Source: Okamejei kenojei
Taxonomy: Eukaryota
DNA length: 64,000 nt
Assembly: GCA_035221665.1 (NCBI GenBank)
Contig: CM069150.1
Coordinates: forward strand, 36,146,001 to 36,210,000
Reading direction: 5' to 3'
Positions 63,270 through 64,000 of the stretch are shown one piece after another. Position 1 is the stretch's first letter. The number at the start of each line of letters is the position of its first letter. The notes beneath the pieces were generated by a model that worked only from the letters and a program-made list of their open reading frames with translations, did no database searches and had not been told where the DNA came from. A program made the position numbers and the translations under genes.

Positions 63270-63466
63270 TATGCACTATAACAACCTATTGCACTTTATC
63301 TGTTTACTGATGTGTGTATATATATATTCTATGGTATATGGACACACTGATCTGATCGGTATTTATGACTACAATATCCTGTTGTGCTGCGGCAATGCAA
63401 GCATTTCATTGTCCTATCTGGGACACATGACAACAAACTCTCTTGACTTGACTTGACTTGACTTGT
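63270..63466 (+). mobile_element. Rex1-type 3' tail with (CTTGA)n
   Basis: TTTCATTG...TCTGGGACACATGACAA...(CTTGA)n; inverted relatives at 13636-13670, 28604-28690 and 60931-61030. Confidence 0.6.
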
Positions 63467-63486
63467 TATGTGTACCTAGGTACAAT

Positions 63487-63776
63487 GTTTAGTTTAGTTT
63501 TGTTTACAGATACAGTGTGGAAACAGGTTCTTCGACCCACCGAGTCTGCGCCGACCAGTGATCCCCGCACACTAACACTACCTTACACACTCTAGGGAAA
63601 TGTACAATGTTACTGAGCCAATGAACCTACAAACCTGTATGTCTTTGGAGTGTGGGAGGAAACCGAAACATCTGGAGCATGTACAAACTGACTACAGGCA
63701 GCGCCCGTAGTCAGGTTTGAACCCGGGTCTCTGGCGCTGTAAGGCAGCAACTCTACCGCTGCGCCACCGTGCCACC
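63487..63776 (-). mobile_element. HE1-like V-SINE
   Basis: A-box TGGCGCAGCGG, V-domain and (CTAAA)n tail. Confidence 0.85.
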
Positions 63777-64000
63777 ATGTCGCCCGCCAGTGAAATGCTT
63801 TGTTTTGCATACAACCCAGTAAAACCACGCAGCAGACCTCGCCTGGACAGTACACAAGAGCTGCCACGTTTCTGGCACTGACAAATTTACCAAAAGTTCA
63901 CCGGGGAAATATAGGTCTATTAAAAATACTGAGCTATTTTTGTAGCTGGGAGTGGGGATAGGTTTAATAGGAACCTGAGAGGTAACCTTTTCACACAAAG

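Noticed and set aside
1-64000. Prokaryotic operon, defence system or CRISPR array
   Set aside because: The sequence is vertebrate repeat-rich DNA. The recurring ~30-bp palindromic motif is dispersed in both orientations without regular spacers, and no cas-like ORFs are present.

Overview
This is eukaryotic, repeat-dense, non-coding-looking DNA (intron or intergenic) from a cartilaginous fish, most likely a skate or ray. That assignment rests on HE1-type V-SINEs and HER1/CR1 LINE tails recognised from memory of their consensus. I found no intact host protein-coding gene, rRNA, tRNA gene or CRISPR array, and nearly all ORFs in the track are transposon remnants or chance. The window holds fragments of CR1, L1, Rex1/Babar and Penelope-like (GIY-YIG) retroelements, about 20 HE1 SINEs and an old DeuSINE. 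It also holds two tandem non-autonomous Helitrons, a deleted hAT transposon with a perfect 8-bp TSD, a PIF/Harbinger MITE, a three-level nested insertion and a 270-N gap. The most notable system is a very abundant family of 100-330 bp Penelope-derived mini-insertions. They carry a minimal hammerhead-ribozyme motif (CTGAAGA-A-GGGTC-TC-GACCC-GAAA-CGTC), often sit as inverted pairs, and are flanked by 9-14 bp target-site duplications. Repeat-family names were not checked by database search, and boundaries without a TSD are approximate.
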